A DNA stretch of 59,529 nt, filler included, from Asterionella formosa (Eukaryota): NCBI GenBank assembly GCA_002256025.1. It is 4 parts of 4 records of this genome, joined end to end, with 100 filler letters (N's around TTAATTAATTAA, not from the genome) between each part and the next. Parts side by side here need not be neighbours in the genome. Positions count along the whole stretch, not along the records: positions 1 to 14,833 come from NKIB01005731.1; positions 14,934 to 29,760 come from NKIB01005732.1; 2 more parts are not named here. One strand, given 5' to 3'. Shown here one piece after another: positions 11,600 to 22,520 of the stretch. Under the pieces are notes generated by a model. That model did not search any database. It was given only the letters and a program-made list of their open reading frames with translations, and was not told where the DNA came from. The position numbers and the translations under genes are program-made. Position 1 is the stretch's first letter. Each line of letters starts with the position of its first letter.

Positions 11600-12970
11600 C
11601 ATGTACAAAGGATATAGAATATGAAGTCAACGCTGTTTGATTGTGTCCAAGGTGACATCCACCTGGTGAGGAGGGGGATCTTTAGCGGATTTATAATCCT
11701 CAAATTATATAGTTGCTGAGATGGGATTCGCTCCATTTTCTGGTAGTTTTGTGCAATGAAGGTAATGGACCAGTGTTTCTATGATGCAAGCATGGTAAAT
11801 TCTTTCTTGACTAAAAGGAGCAATGCTTACACTCTATTTTTTTGTTATTCATTATCTTCAAACACATTCTCCTCCACCCCATCAATTGTTACTTTTTTCA
11901 GTAGCTCACCATTGGTAACAGGTTTGCCCTCTACCTTTTGATCAATGATAACCAAAATAGTATCATTCCAGAACTCCAAAGGAAATTAGAAATCAAATAA
12001 CTGGAAAGCAGTAGAATTGAAATAAATTGGCAACGATGAATATATTGGATTGCTCTTTGATGGATTAAACTGTCTCCTGTCCAAATTACTGACTCTCCCC
12101 ACTCATTATCAAACAAACTGTTTGCAACTTTATCATGATCTGTTTGCAACAACTTCATGTGAAAAAACCTTTTCAGATGCTTGTTTGATGGATTCAAGTG
12201 TCTCTTGTCGAATATTCCTGATCTCCGCCACTCATTATCAGAAAAATTGTTTGCAACTTCATCATGACAAAAGCCTTTTCAGATTCTGGGGCAATGTTGA
12301 CACCAATATCAACAAATCCAGCTGGAATGGCACCATTGTCATAGTAGTGAACTGCACCAATACACATGACAAGTTTGAGATCCACTGAAAGGATCACTTT
12401 ACCTTCTGTTGCCTCTTCAAGGACATAGTTGCCTTCATCATAGGAAAAGGTGTGTGGATCACCACCAGAAATGATCTAGAAGTGACTTTCAAGGGCATAC
12501 AGCTCAGTCATATCACCATCATCCACAGTCTTAGGAGCTGTGACTGTAATGGCAATCACCACTATACTTCTGATGTTTTTGAGCTCCCTATAAAAACTTG
12601 AGCTCCCTATACAGAACTCCCGTTCTTTCAAGTAAATGACCTTTTTCATTGTTTACATGATGATTTGGGACCCATAGTGATAGGTGAATGTACTTGGAAA
12701 GACATGAAACTACTGCACCTTTGCCCATTGTCAATATTCCTTTTTGCGCCATCCTGCACAGATATTTTTGAGATTATTTTGGATCTGAATTTTTTAAACC
12801 TATAAGCTTATTGCCAACATGCATACCTCCAGAAACCTACAGTTCTTTAGATTTAGATTATCTTTTCAGAAATGAAGTATCCATTGAATGGAGCAAGAGG
12901 CAAGGGATTTAAAAACCCAGACTGAATCCAGTCTACTAGACTGAAATCAGCCTTGCCGAACGAATTCGAC
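11600..12970 (-). mobile_element. Internally deleted, decayed piggyBac-like element related to 56366-58942
   Basis: 12400-12960 aligns at DNA level with 58350-58920; NSLFDNEWG vs NNLFEDEWG; an NRV.ALLLV remnant vs NRVFAFILSV; the DDD core is missing. Confidence 0.8.
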
Positions 12971-13138
12971 AAATATTTGCGCTTGTGCCCAAACAAATAA
13001 TGTAATGATGCTTTGTTTTGCGAGAATACAAAATCATTTCCTTTCCCAGGTCTTTGACTACCATGTAGGATGGCTAAGGTCAACGTGTAAAGCATTGCCT
13101 GTTGTCTAATTGTCGTTTTATCCCTATTTCGAAATCTC

Positions 13139-14119
13139 ATGATTAAATCACCTTGCCGTGTTGTCGACCTCCAGTTCGTCCGTTCCATTGACCCCGAAGT
13201 TGAGTTTTCTCTAATCAATTTTCATTTGGAGAAAACAGGAGGAACATCTTTTTCCAAAGGAATTTATCTTTTGAATAAAAATACAACGTTCCTTACAATG
13301 GTTGACTTTCCTGTGGGTTACACCCTTCTTGATTTCAATATAATATTTGGGCATGCTATCTTAAACGCTACGCTAACGCCCGGAGGCATGAATTGGAAGG
13401 AAATGAACGGGAATAAGACGACTCCAACAATTGTTTCTGCTCACCCGGAATCAAAAGTACCTTTCTCTCCGCGACATAAATGGATAACTGCGACGACAGC
13501 TTTCCAACAAGGTCACGAACGAATGAGGCGACATGCGTTAACGTCCACAGTCCTTCGATATCCCAGTGATCGAGTTATGTCGTCCTTTTATCATTTTTAC
13601 AGTACTGAAGCCCGTCGGAACCCTCATGATTTGACGCTGGATGAGTGGCAAAAACTTTGTCAACAAACTGGAGCGCTTTACGTGCACCGATTTTCAGACA
13701 TTAATTTGGATTTTGGCTCGACTGATCCTCTTGAGTTCATGAATCAGAATAGTAAGGCAGTGGAAAGTGCAATTAATAATTTGATGGAATTCGATATTAT
13801 CGCGAGAACCGAATGTGTTCCAGAATTTCTTGGCTTCGTAAATAGCATTATTTTTAATCAGCTGCACCCATGTTCGGAGGATTTTCCTGTGAATGCATTG
13901 GAGGTTTTTACGCAAGTGGGGACCAACAAAAAAGATAACAAGAGTTTAAGTTCACTTTATAGGGCAGCCCTTCTATCACCTTTGGATGGTGGTTTTGTTC
14001 TTGACCACTTCATTTTTGAAAAATTCTTTTCGCAAAACCTTACTGATTCTAGCTGCAGTCTCGAAAAGTTGCGGAATAAAACCATTTGCATGCTAGGTGT
14101 AACATTGTTAATTGGTTAA
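13139..14119 (+). CDS. PAPS-dependent sulfotransferase (Sulfotransfer_2 / Gal-3-O-sulfotransferase-like), intronless; signal anchor cut off by an in-frame stop
   Basis: FHLEKTGGTS (5'-PSB loop) and TVLRYPSDRVMSSFY (3'-PB) motifs; in-frame upstream ATG at 13070 gives MAKVNV*SIACCLIVVLSLF. Confidence 0.75.
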   Translation: MIKSPCRVVDLQFVRSIDPEVEFSLINFHLEKTGGTSFSKGIYLLNKNTTFLTMVDFPVGYTLLDFNIIFGHAILNATLTPGGMNWKEMNGNKTTPTIVSAHPESKVPFSPRHKWITATTAFQQGHERMRRHALTSTVLRYPSDRVMSSFYHFYSTEARRNPHDLTLDEWQKLCQQTGALYVHRFSDINLDFGSTDPLEFMNQNSKAVESAINNLMEFDIIARTECVPEFLGFVNSIIFNQLHPCSEDFPVNALEVFTQVGTNKKDNKSLSSLYRAALLSPLDGGFVLDHFIFEKFFSQNLTDSSCSLEKLRNKTICMLGVTLLIG

Positions 14120-14190
14120 GGTTAACATCGAAAAGTTGCAGAATAAAACCTTTTGCATGCCAAGTGTAACATTGTTAATTGGTAAAGGTT
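14061..14190. repeat. Tandem duplication with ~67 bp period spanning the sulfotransferase stop codon
   Basis: TCGAAAAGTTGC.GAATAAAACC.TTTGCATGC...GTGTAACATTGTTAATTGGT.AAGGTT occurs twice. Confidence 0.9.
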
Positions 14191-14399
14191 TCTTTTGATC
14201 TCAATCACATGTTAATCATTTTTATATTCATTCTTACTAATCTATTTCTAAATTCGTGGTCATTGTGCTACATGGCCCATATTAGGTGGGGTGGTGGATT
14301 GTGTTTAGTGTTGGTCACTCCCTTGTGTGGAAGTAGGTTTAAAAAGAAATTTGATAGCATTGATCTCTGACCATTTCTCCATAGCTGCACTGTTCATGA

Positions 14400-14833
14400 T
14401 AGCTTGAGAATTGTACGGGAAGTTTAGATTGTGTTAGAAAATTCCTTTTGGTCCGCACTTCTTGTGCTGCTGCTGTTTTTATGTTCTTGGTTTTTGTATT
14501 ATAATATGCATAAATTGAGTTTTGGCCTGATGCCGCAAATTTCTTGGATTCATTGAACAGATAGTTGGCTCTTTCTAGAAATCGTAGTTTTTTGACTCAA
14601 TCTAGCTTGAAGTATTTCCTCCAGACTCTTGTTGAATAAATGTTCATCCCTCCTTGAGATTTCATCCCTTTTTTGTAATATTCTTCAATTTTTTCATTGT
14701 ATTCTGATTGAGAAACTGTATTGTTCTTGCCAGTATGTAACACAGCATGTCTTTCCTTCCAGGCGCCGTCCATCAGGAGCCATATTTGTGTGATGGCCGT
14801 TTTACCCAGCTATTGTATTCTGCTTTTGTAGGA
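14400..14833 (-). mobile_element. LINE-like C-terminal remnant at the contig end
   Basis: Minus strand reads GKTAITQIWLLMDGAWKERHAVLH, resembling the IW....W..RN..LH motif. Confidence 0.4.
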
Positions 14834-14933
14834 NNNNNNNNNNNNNNNNNNNNNNNNNNNNNNNNNNNNNNNNNNNNTTAATTAATTAANNNNNNNNNNN
14901 NNNNNNNNNNNNNNNNNNNNNNNNNNNNNNNNN
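14834..14933. other. Artificial contig linker N44-TTAATTAATTAA-N44
   Basis: Identical 100-nt block occurs three times; the core has stops in all six frames. Confidence 0.98.
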
Positions 14934-16219
14934 GTTGCAACTAACCATGAAAAATAATATTTTGCAGGATGACCATTGCCGCCTGGGTTTCCAACGAACT
15001 CATCCCTGGTGCCTTGCCAGTGTGGCACCCTTAGGGATCTGTTTGGACAAACATTTCCCCTTTATACCCTTCCTTTTCCTTTGGTTTGATTTCTTCGGGG
15101 TCAATCAAAAACTTTATCAATGTTGACAGCCTTGGTTTTGGGCAGTCGATCTGGGTAGTACATTCGTTCTTTGCTATCTTATATAACGTTATTTTAGACT
15201 CTTTGTTTCTAAAGTTGACAATACAAGGACAGATGTTGTATTTTTTAGAATTGTTCAAATATAGAGAATGTTCGTTGGAAACAAAGTACTTATACAACAA
15301 GTACAAAGCTTGGATTGTACCAGTAGTTGTTGGTCTTTTCGTATCTTTTCCTTGCGTCAGATACCGGTAGCAGTCCTCGCCTTCGTTATTCAAGTACCAA
15401 ATGTTGTTAAAATGTCTCACGACTCGTCAATGATACGCTCGGTCTTATTCGGAGATGGTATGTTATAATATATTCAATTACCTGCGTGTACGACAGAGAA
15501 GATCCGGTTATCGAGATATTTAGCTAAATCTTTTGTAAAGTAAAAAAGCGCTTTCCCGGACCTTCCCAGTAAAGCAATTGGGAACATATTTTTTACATTA
15601 GGAGCAGGAAGGCATGTGAAAGTAAACCGGTAGTATTACAGTATACCGGTATTGTCATTTCATTTTCCATATACTGTACCTAAAAACTGTTCTAAAATTT
15701 GGCCATTATGCTTGTTTAGCTTGCCAGTCTGGAATCTACGTAAGAAAACCAGCGTGAGGAAAGGAGTACGAAAGCTTTTTAACATAAGCAGCATCACCAG
15801 CCTCTGCATACTAGGTGTAACTGCAGCTGAGGACATGGATGACTAGTTACTACCTGTGGTACCAAGTGCTGCCTACCAGTAGCATTAGTCTACTCAATGT
15901 GAAATAGAGGTTAGTCTTGTTAAATCAAATAGAAGGATACGTGCTTACCTGGTACGCCTTTTCATAGAGTTTCTTTTCATGTAACAATTCAGAGTAAATA
16001 CTTGTGATGTGCAATTGATGCAATATTTGTTACATAATGTTGCCCTCCACCTATTTCCAGGTATATTCCTATATGTAGAGAACTTCTAACATAGATAGAA
16101 TCTTTGTCTACTTTTTCCCTTTCTTGTTTGATACTCATATCAGAATACCATCACCTTTTTCTTCTTGCCTCTTAAAATCTCGACCTCATTTGGTATCAAA
16201 GATTTGTTTGGAAACATCT

Positions 16220-17857
16220 TATTCTTCCGAATTATTGCTCTTGAAAACAATAATGGATTGGGTGAGGTTCGAAAGGGCAATGATCCAATGACTTTTCAAT
16301 TGTATCGCCTTGTGAGTCTCTAGATGATTGAATTGGGAAGTGATGAAGGCATCTGGGGCCATCTTTTCCTTGCTTTGACATGGAATTTGATGTGTAGAGT
16401 TAACAACACAAGCCAGAAAAGCCTTTGTCATATGGAATGGGCTGACGACGCTCTACGCATTTACTTTGCCAACTCAAAACAGATCAGCAAGGCGCCCAGT
16501 CGAAATTTCCAAGGCATGTTTATTCCAATCCAATAGATTGGGTAATCTGTCCAATTTTTGCACTTGGAGTGTATTTATGTCGATTCAATACAGATGTTGA
16601 AAGTAATAGTAGCAGGTTGTTTCCAGGCCATCACCAATTCAAGAGATTTGCCAAGTTATCAAAACGGTTTTTGAAAAGCCATGAGGATGAACTTCTTGAT
16701 CTTGGGATTTTTTGGGAGGATTTAGGAACACACTCCATCATAAAGGTGCTGCTACTTATGTGAGTTCATGTCCTGGTGGGGACCATCATCAGGTTCAATT
16801 AGTGTGCGGAGGGGGGGGATGGTCAATGGGCAAAGTGAAAGATATTTATATCCGATATGAGCAGGGTGGCGACATGTTTGTTGGAAGGGCTTTGAGTGGT
16901 CTCCCTTTGCTACTCGCCCAATTCTCTGCATCCCCTGTTGTGTTTAATAAATATGAATCTGCTGAGGTTGGGATCACAACGTGGATACTATCTGCAACAA
17001 AAGCTTTCCCAATGATGATAGGCACACCAGTAATTGGCAACATCGCAGAAATTTGTTTCTCTGCAATTGTATTTCATCGAGCGAAAGTAGAAATGTGGGA
17101 TCATTCTCATCCAATGAGGCAGTCCACATTATTTCGAGTTGCTGAGGTTGGGCTTGAGTTTGCCAGCAACCACACACAGTTCCTATATCCATGGGACCCA
17201 GAATCTTCTATTCTGGTATTCACAGGGATAGCTCCTCACGTTGCACTGCTATTGCAAGAAGTGCAGGGGCTGCAGCGCTTAATCTTAGGTCTTGTAGATC
17301 AGTTCGATAAGAGACTAACAAGACAACTTGACCAGAGACAAATAATTGGTGGAATGTTCTTGGGTGAGACCAGAATGATTGACCTAATTCTTCAAGGGAC
17401 CAGTGACCTTAGGGCAGCTGTTGCAGCAGCTGGGCAAAATTCATTACATTCAGGAGCAGAACTTGCGATTATTAATGGAGGACCTGGAATTACTGGTAGA
17501 GATGGCACTACTATGATTGCACCAAAGCGGTTTACACTACATATGTATGGTGGGCAATTCCATGTTCTACCCCAGACATGGAGGTTACCAATGAGTTTTG
17601 GTCCCTTAGACTTATGGATGCAATGGTGGTTGGGAGATGTGAGGAATGATGTTCCTCCCCTTAAGATTTTGCAAGGAAGAGATGTCTACCATCTAGATTT
17701 CATAATGGCAGAGGAGGGTCGTGGTACTAGAAAGGCTCGCAAAATTCTGTGTGACATAAGATTCTTGATGGTATACTTAGAGAACAAAGTCAGGGCTACT
17801 GGAAGTGGGTTGAAACTCATACAGTGTCCTCAGTTCTGGCAATGTATTATGAAGTAG
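16220..17857 (+). pseudogene. Crypton (CryptonS-type) tyrosine recombinase transposase, frameshifted
   Basis: GNDPMTFQLY, LTWNLMCR, WADDALRIYFANSK, PRHVYSNP...CPIFALGVY, LFPG..Q..RF, LGTHS..KGAAT, GGWSMGKVKDIYIRYEQGGDMFVGR. Confidence 0.85.
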
Positions 17858-18159
17858 TAGAAACTCTGGTGGTAAATGATGGTAACAATCAGCATCATAG
17901 CTGCTATACACCGCCGTCCTCAGTTAAGATGGCAGACATTGGTGTTGATCCTTCGCAAGCAAGAAAAGCATTTATCCATGGGCATGCTAGAAGAATAGTG
18001 TATGATTTTTTACCATTACTCAAGTCCAAATGCAGGTATTTCAGTACCATCTTTAATCTGACCAGCCACAGTGCATCAGCCATACATATATCAGTATGCA
18101 GGTGAGACATGCATATACCAGCCGCTAAATACCGGTACCAGTAATGGTATATCCGCCAA

Positions 18160-18330
18160 AGATGTGATGCTCATTTTCGACATCATGCATAACATCCAAG
18201 CTGATTCTGGATTCCGTTTTTCCATATACTACCGGTAGTGTGTAGAATTTGTCGTATGTAGCTACCAGCCACACACCGACCTCAGTGGTGTCTGGTACCA
18301 GGTACCATAACATTGTTGTGCAACTCATCA
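18160..18330. repeat. Dispersed repeat, similar to 480-640
   Basis: See 480-640. Confidence 0.85.
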
Positions 18331-19156
18331 TGTCCTCATTTGTGTGTACCGGTATTTGTGTATGCAAACCGACAACCCAAACAACAAGGAATCAACACAC
18401 CCACCACCTCCAAGACAAGGCACCAACCCTAACCCCAGCGATCACGAAAGATCCCTCATGTACCAACTGTACCAAGGGGAGTACCTGGATTTTTGCTTGT
18501 ACCTGTTACTACTCCGTAAGGAGCAGACGGGGCAGAGGGCGAACAGCACGACATTTTATATAACGGCTAATTTGGCGTTATCATTGGTATGGAATACCCA
18601 TCATTCGCTCTTCGTGCTCAGCGACATTATTATACACATCGATGCCGGTAGGTCTACTAAATTACCGGTAGAAATATCGCTATGTATGTAAAAAACAAAG
18701 AAGCAGTACACCGAGGTTGGCTGGCCCTTCAAACATAATGCATGCGGGTAGCTACCGGTACCGGAATACCGATAAGTAGTTCGTACTGAGAATCTTATTC
18801 TTTATTCCTTGAGTTCATAATAATACAATGATGAATACCGCAATTGCCCATTGCCCGTAGTCTTGCTTCAAACAGTGGAAAAGAATACCACCGTTATAGC
18901 TAGCTAGCCATACCGTTACTGGTATGCTAATAAGAAGCAAGGATACCGGTAGCATGGAAACCTATCGCTCATGTTTGATGAAAACTTCATATTATTTATT
19001 TCCAACCAGACAGTCCGTTGCACCGGCAGCATTGCTCCATAACAACCTCGCAAAACCCATCCACAGTGGTCTACACCTGCTTAAGTGTATACACATCAGG
19101 AAAGTCCCTGCATCGGTAGCCTATATCTATTTATTCCACCTCCCCCTTCGTTCACA

Positions 19157-19792
19157 ATGGGTCAGATTCTGCAAAAGCTTCTCGATGTGTTTTACACGAA
19201 AAAGCTCGATATTGTTGTGATTGGTCTGGAAAACAGGTACGATATTGTTTGTATTTGTTTCGATGAAGACGCGCACTTGCAGCACACTTATACACCAGGA
19301 TGCTCACCCTCTAATTACTACTGCAACAACAACAGCGGAAAGACCACCCTCCTCTCGGTTCTGGCCAATGGCCAACCTGTTGAAACAGTCCCAACGATTG
19401 GGCTCAATGTCAAAGTCTTTAAGAAAGGAAGAGTCAACATGAAGTGCTGGGATATTGGTGGACAGGAGCAATATAGGTCAGAATGGAGTCGATACACGAA
19501 GGGATGTGATGTGGTCTTGTACGTTGTCGATGCCGCTGCACCTCAAAAACTGCCCACCGCAAAGAAGGAACTGCACAAATTGCTCGACGACGGGTCCATT
19601 GGAAATACTCCCTTGTTGGTATTGGCCAATAAAATTGATATCGAACCTCATGTGGGAGAATCAGAACTCATTGAACGATTGCAATTAAATTATGTCATGG
19701 AAACGCCATGGATGGTTTTGCCAATTAGTGCCTTGCAAGTTACCAATATGGATCAAGTCGTGGAGTGGTTGACGGCACAGGGCAAGTCTTGA
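19157..19792 (+). CDS. Arf/Arl-family small GTPase (ARL8-like), 2 exons
   Basis: Exons 19157-19236 and 19336-19792; splicing restores P-loop GLENSGKTT; PTIG, WDIGGQ, NKID and SAL motifs; Gly2. Confidence 0.93.
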   Translation: MGQILQKLLDVFYTKKLDIVVIGLENRYDIVCICFDEDAHLQHTYTPGCSPSNYYCNNNSGKTTLLSVLANGQPVETVPTIGLNVKVFKKGRVNMKCWDIGGQEQYRSEWSRYTKGCDVVLYVVDAAAPQKLPTAKKELHKLLDDGSIGNTPLLVLANKIDIEPHVGESELIERLQLNYVMETPWMVLPISALQVTNMDQVVEWLTAQGKS

Positions 19793-21799
19793 AGAAACTA
19801 TTGAGTGTTTATAATGGTATCACGTTGGGCATGAGGATTGTAGCATTTGCAGCGCATATTTTTGTTTGTTTACAAACTTAGCGTGACTTTGAAGTTTTAC
19901 AATGACTCAACCATGTTGTTTCTCCATCCAACTACGATTACTGTCATTGGACTCTTCAAGTGTGAGCCTTTTGTTCAACTGTAACACTAAACTGTTTCTA
20001 TTCTTCTTTGTTCATTATAAATATCAGTATTTGAGTGCCTTAGCATGACTTGATATTTTCCCTAATTATTTTTCCGATTTCATCAAATTAGTCCTCCCAC
20101 CCCTTGTTTGTAAAGATTGAGCAAAACAAATGTCAATTCTGATCTCGAATTCCCTTTTTTTCACTCATCATGCTGCTGTTTCCGAATCCTTCACCAGCAG
20201 ACACTTTATTTCTTCAACTTGTTTTTATAACATAGAAAATCTGTTTCAAGCTCTTTTATCCAAAGAGAACTGGTCTGTGTTGGAAAGATGTTGCCAATAA
20301 AGGTTTCTCGCCACAGGGCAACTGGCATTTTTCTTCTACGTCACTTCCTTGAGATGGTGCGTATGGTCCTTATAATTTCAGTAATATTAAGTCGTTTCTT
20401 GTTGTTTGTCTTCAAGCTCAATTGTGTCATTGCTTATGGGTAGTGGGACTACATTGAGCTTGTTTTTCAGACTTTCAATAGAGAATACAAGTATTTTTAA
20501 TTATTTTGATGAGATCTAGAGAAAGCCAATAACAAAGCAGACCAAAAGTGACTTGTGTTATCAAAATGTTAACAAGAAGACAAAAATCACTAATTTTCAT
20601 GTTTGCCAGTTTAGCACTACCCAGCTATAGAACAAGTCGGCTATACATCATTCATTCTGAAAATTGACCACATCTCGAACATGAAATTGACTAAATATTG
20701 CCATAATGTTACTGCAACCAGAGAAAGAGTTTTGCAAGAAGGACAGCAGATGCTATTGGTGAAGTTGATTCTATAGACCTTCTTGGGGTAGTAGAAGATG
20801 ACAACAATGTCAAAGATGAATTTATGGTACTTGAGGAGCAACAGTCAAGACAATGATGAAGAAGTGCTTCAAAATCCGGAATCTTCTGATTCCATTCAAG
20901 ATTTCTTCGACATATTGTATCCCCCTAGCTTAGAAATAAAGCCGTGTCAAACAATCTAGACAGATTATTGGCTCTAGTTTCAACAAAATTACTTCAAAAA
21001 GCAAGCTGGAATGATAATATGATCAAATGCAGATGTAACAACAACAAAAGCAAAACTCAACAGCAAAAGAACATGATAAACATGATGATGATGTCAATAA
21101 TGTCATCGATGTTGAACTGTGGGGTTCCAGGGGGGGGGAGAGTTCGGCTGACGAAAAGAAAGGTGCTCACATTGTAACATAGCTATGGGCGAATAAAACT
21201 GGTACTAATTGTTCTTTCCATTTTTTGGGCCCGAGTGTGATTATGATTGGATAGCTTTAACGTTCTATAAAATGTATTTGATATTTTTGAATTTGTCATC
21301 AATGCAGTAATCATTGCAATCTGCAACCACAACAATGCCGAGTACAATTGCATGACAATCGCTCTTCATCTGCATCAATAGAAATTGACACTAGTAGTGA
21401 CGATCCTGAATACTATGTTCAAAAATACTGCTACTAAGCAATCTAAAACTATAAAGCATCATTCTAATATTTAGAATGCATACCTTTTAGCACTTGGGGT
21501 GTAAGCCGAAGCAATTTGATTCTGGTCTGACTTAACTGGAGTGAAAATTGAATAGTAAAACATTTATTTAGAGGATTAGTTCCCTTGTTACACCATTCTC
21601 TTTATAGCGAAATTTATCTTTCATCCTGAGAAACTACCCTGAATATACATCATTTCTCATTTAGACTACTATCTAACTGAAATTGCTGGTGATTTGATCA
21701 TTGCACGAGACTTTATCGATACAAATACAACCTTTTTTATCCATTGCTCGATGCAAATGTTGAGGCTACAACAACTTTTTTATCCATTGCGCTGTAGAC

Positions 21800-22520
21800 A
21801 GTTTCAATTTGGTCATGCATTAATGACCAAGTTGCCATGGTGGATTCATGGAGAATGACAGATGCATTGAAAAAATAGGAACGAATTCTGCTATTTGGCA
21901 AGCAAAGGAAGGAACAAGTTCATGGCATAGTGTCCATAAGTCTACATTGTAAAAGTTGTACTGCTGTGTTGTTTCATTTCCAGATTGTTGAAAGTTCAGT
22001 TTCAGGCCTTTCATTGCTCCGCAACAATTTTTTATTTGGGGTTATTTCTGATTGATGATCATGGTTGCAAATAAGGTGGTTTCGTCTGCAGTAGACAGTC
22101 TCACAATGGCATTTTCATTTGTCAGAGGCACTTTTACAATCATTCGCCTTGAAAACCGCAACCAAACACTCAAGAAACCATGAGTTAAGCCGAAAATTAT
22201 CTAAAGAGTCATGTAGGATCCACATATTGTACTAGTACATGCCAGACCAAGCACCAGACAACTGATTAACAGAGGTATGCTGATCTTTGCCAAACTTGTT
22301 TGGTTGTTTAATTTCTGATAATGAAATCCGTATTTTCCTACAGGGAGTTAAGAAATCAAAACCAGGCTGGAGTAGCTGGTGTAGGAGCTCGAAGTAAGCA
22401 TAATTGAACTTACAAAATGTGATGAGAGCAGCATCATCATGTGGTTTGCTGTTGAACAAAGTCCAGAATGGACTTGACAATCATGGATGCTGTAGTGCCT
22501 GTCGCCAGATTTTGCCGTCT
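21800..22520 (-). pseudogene. Highly decayed Harbinger-type transposase
   Basis: SPFWTLFNS..DDAALITFC.F.Y..F and GLKLNFQQSGNETTQQYNFYN resemble stramenopile Harbinger motifs (DGLKL..Q...Q..FYNGW); many frameshifts. Confidence 0.55.

Noticed and set aside
14878..14889. TTAATTAATTAA as a piggyBac target or biological palindrome
   Set aside because: Part of the synthetic linker
14400..15480. One LINE spanning the first gap
   Set aside because: The junction is artificial, and ORF 15031-15420 has no motif I can assign
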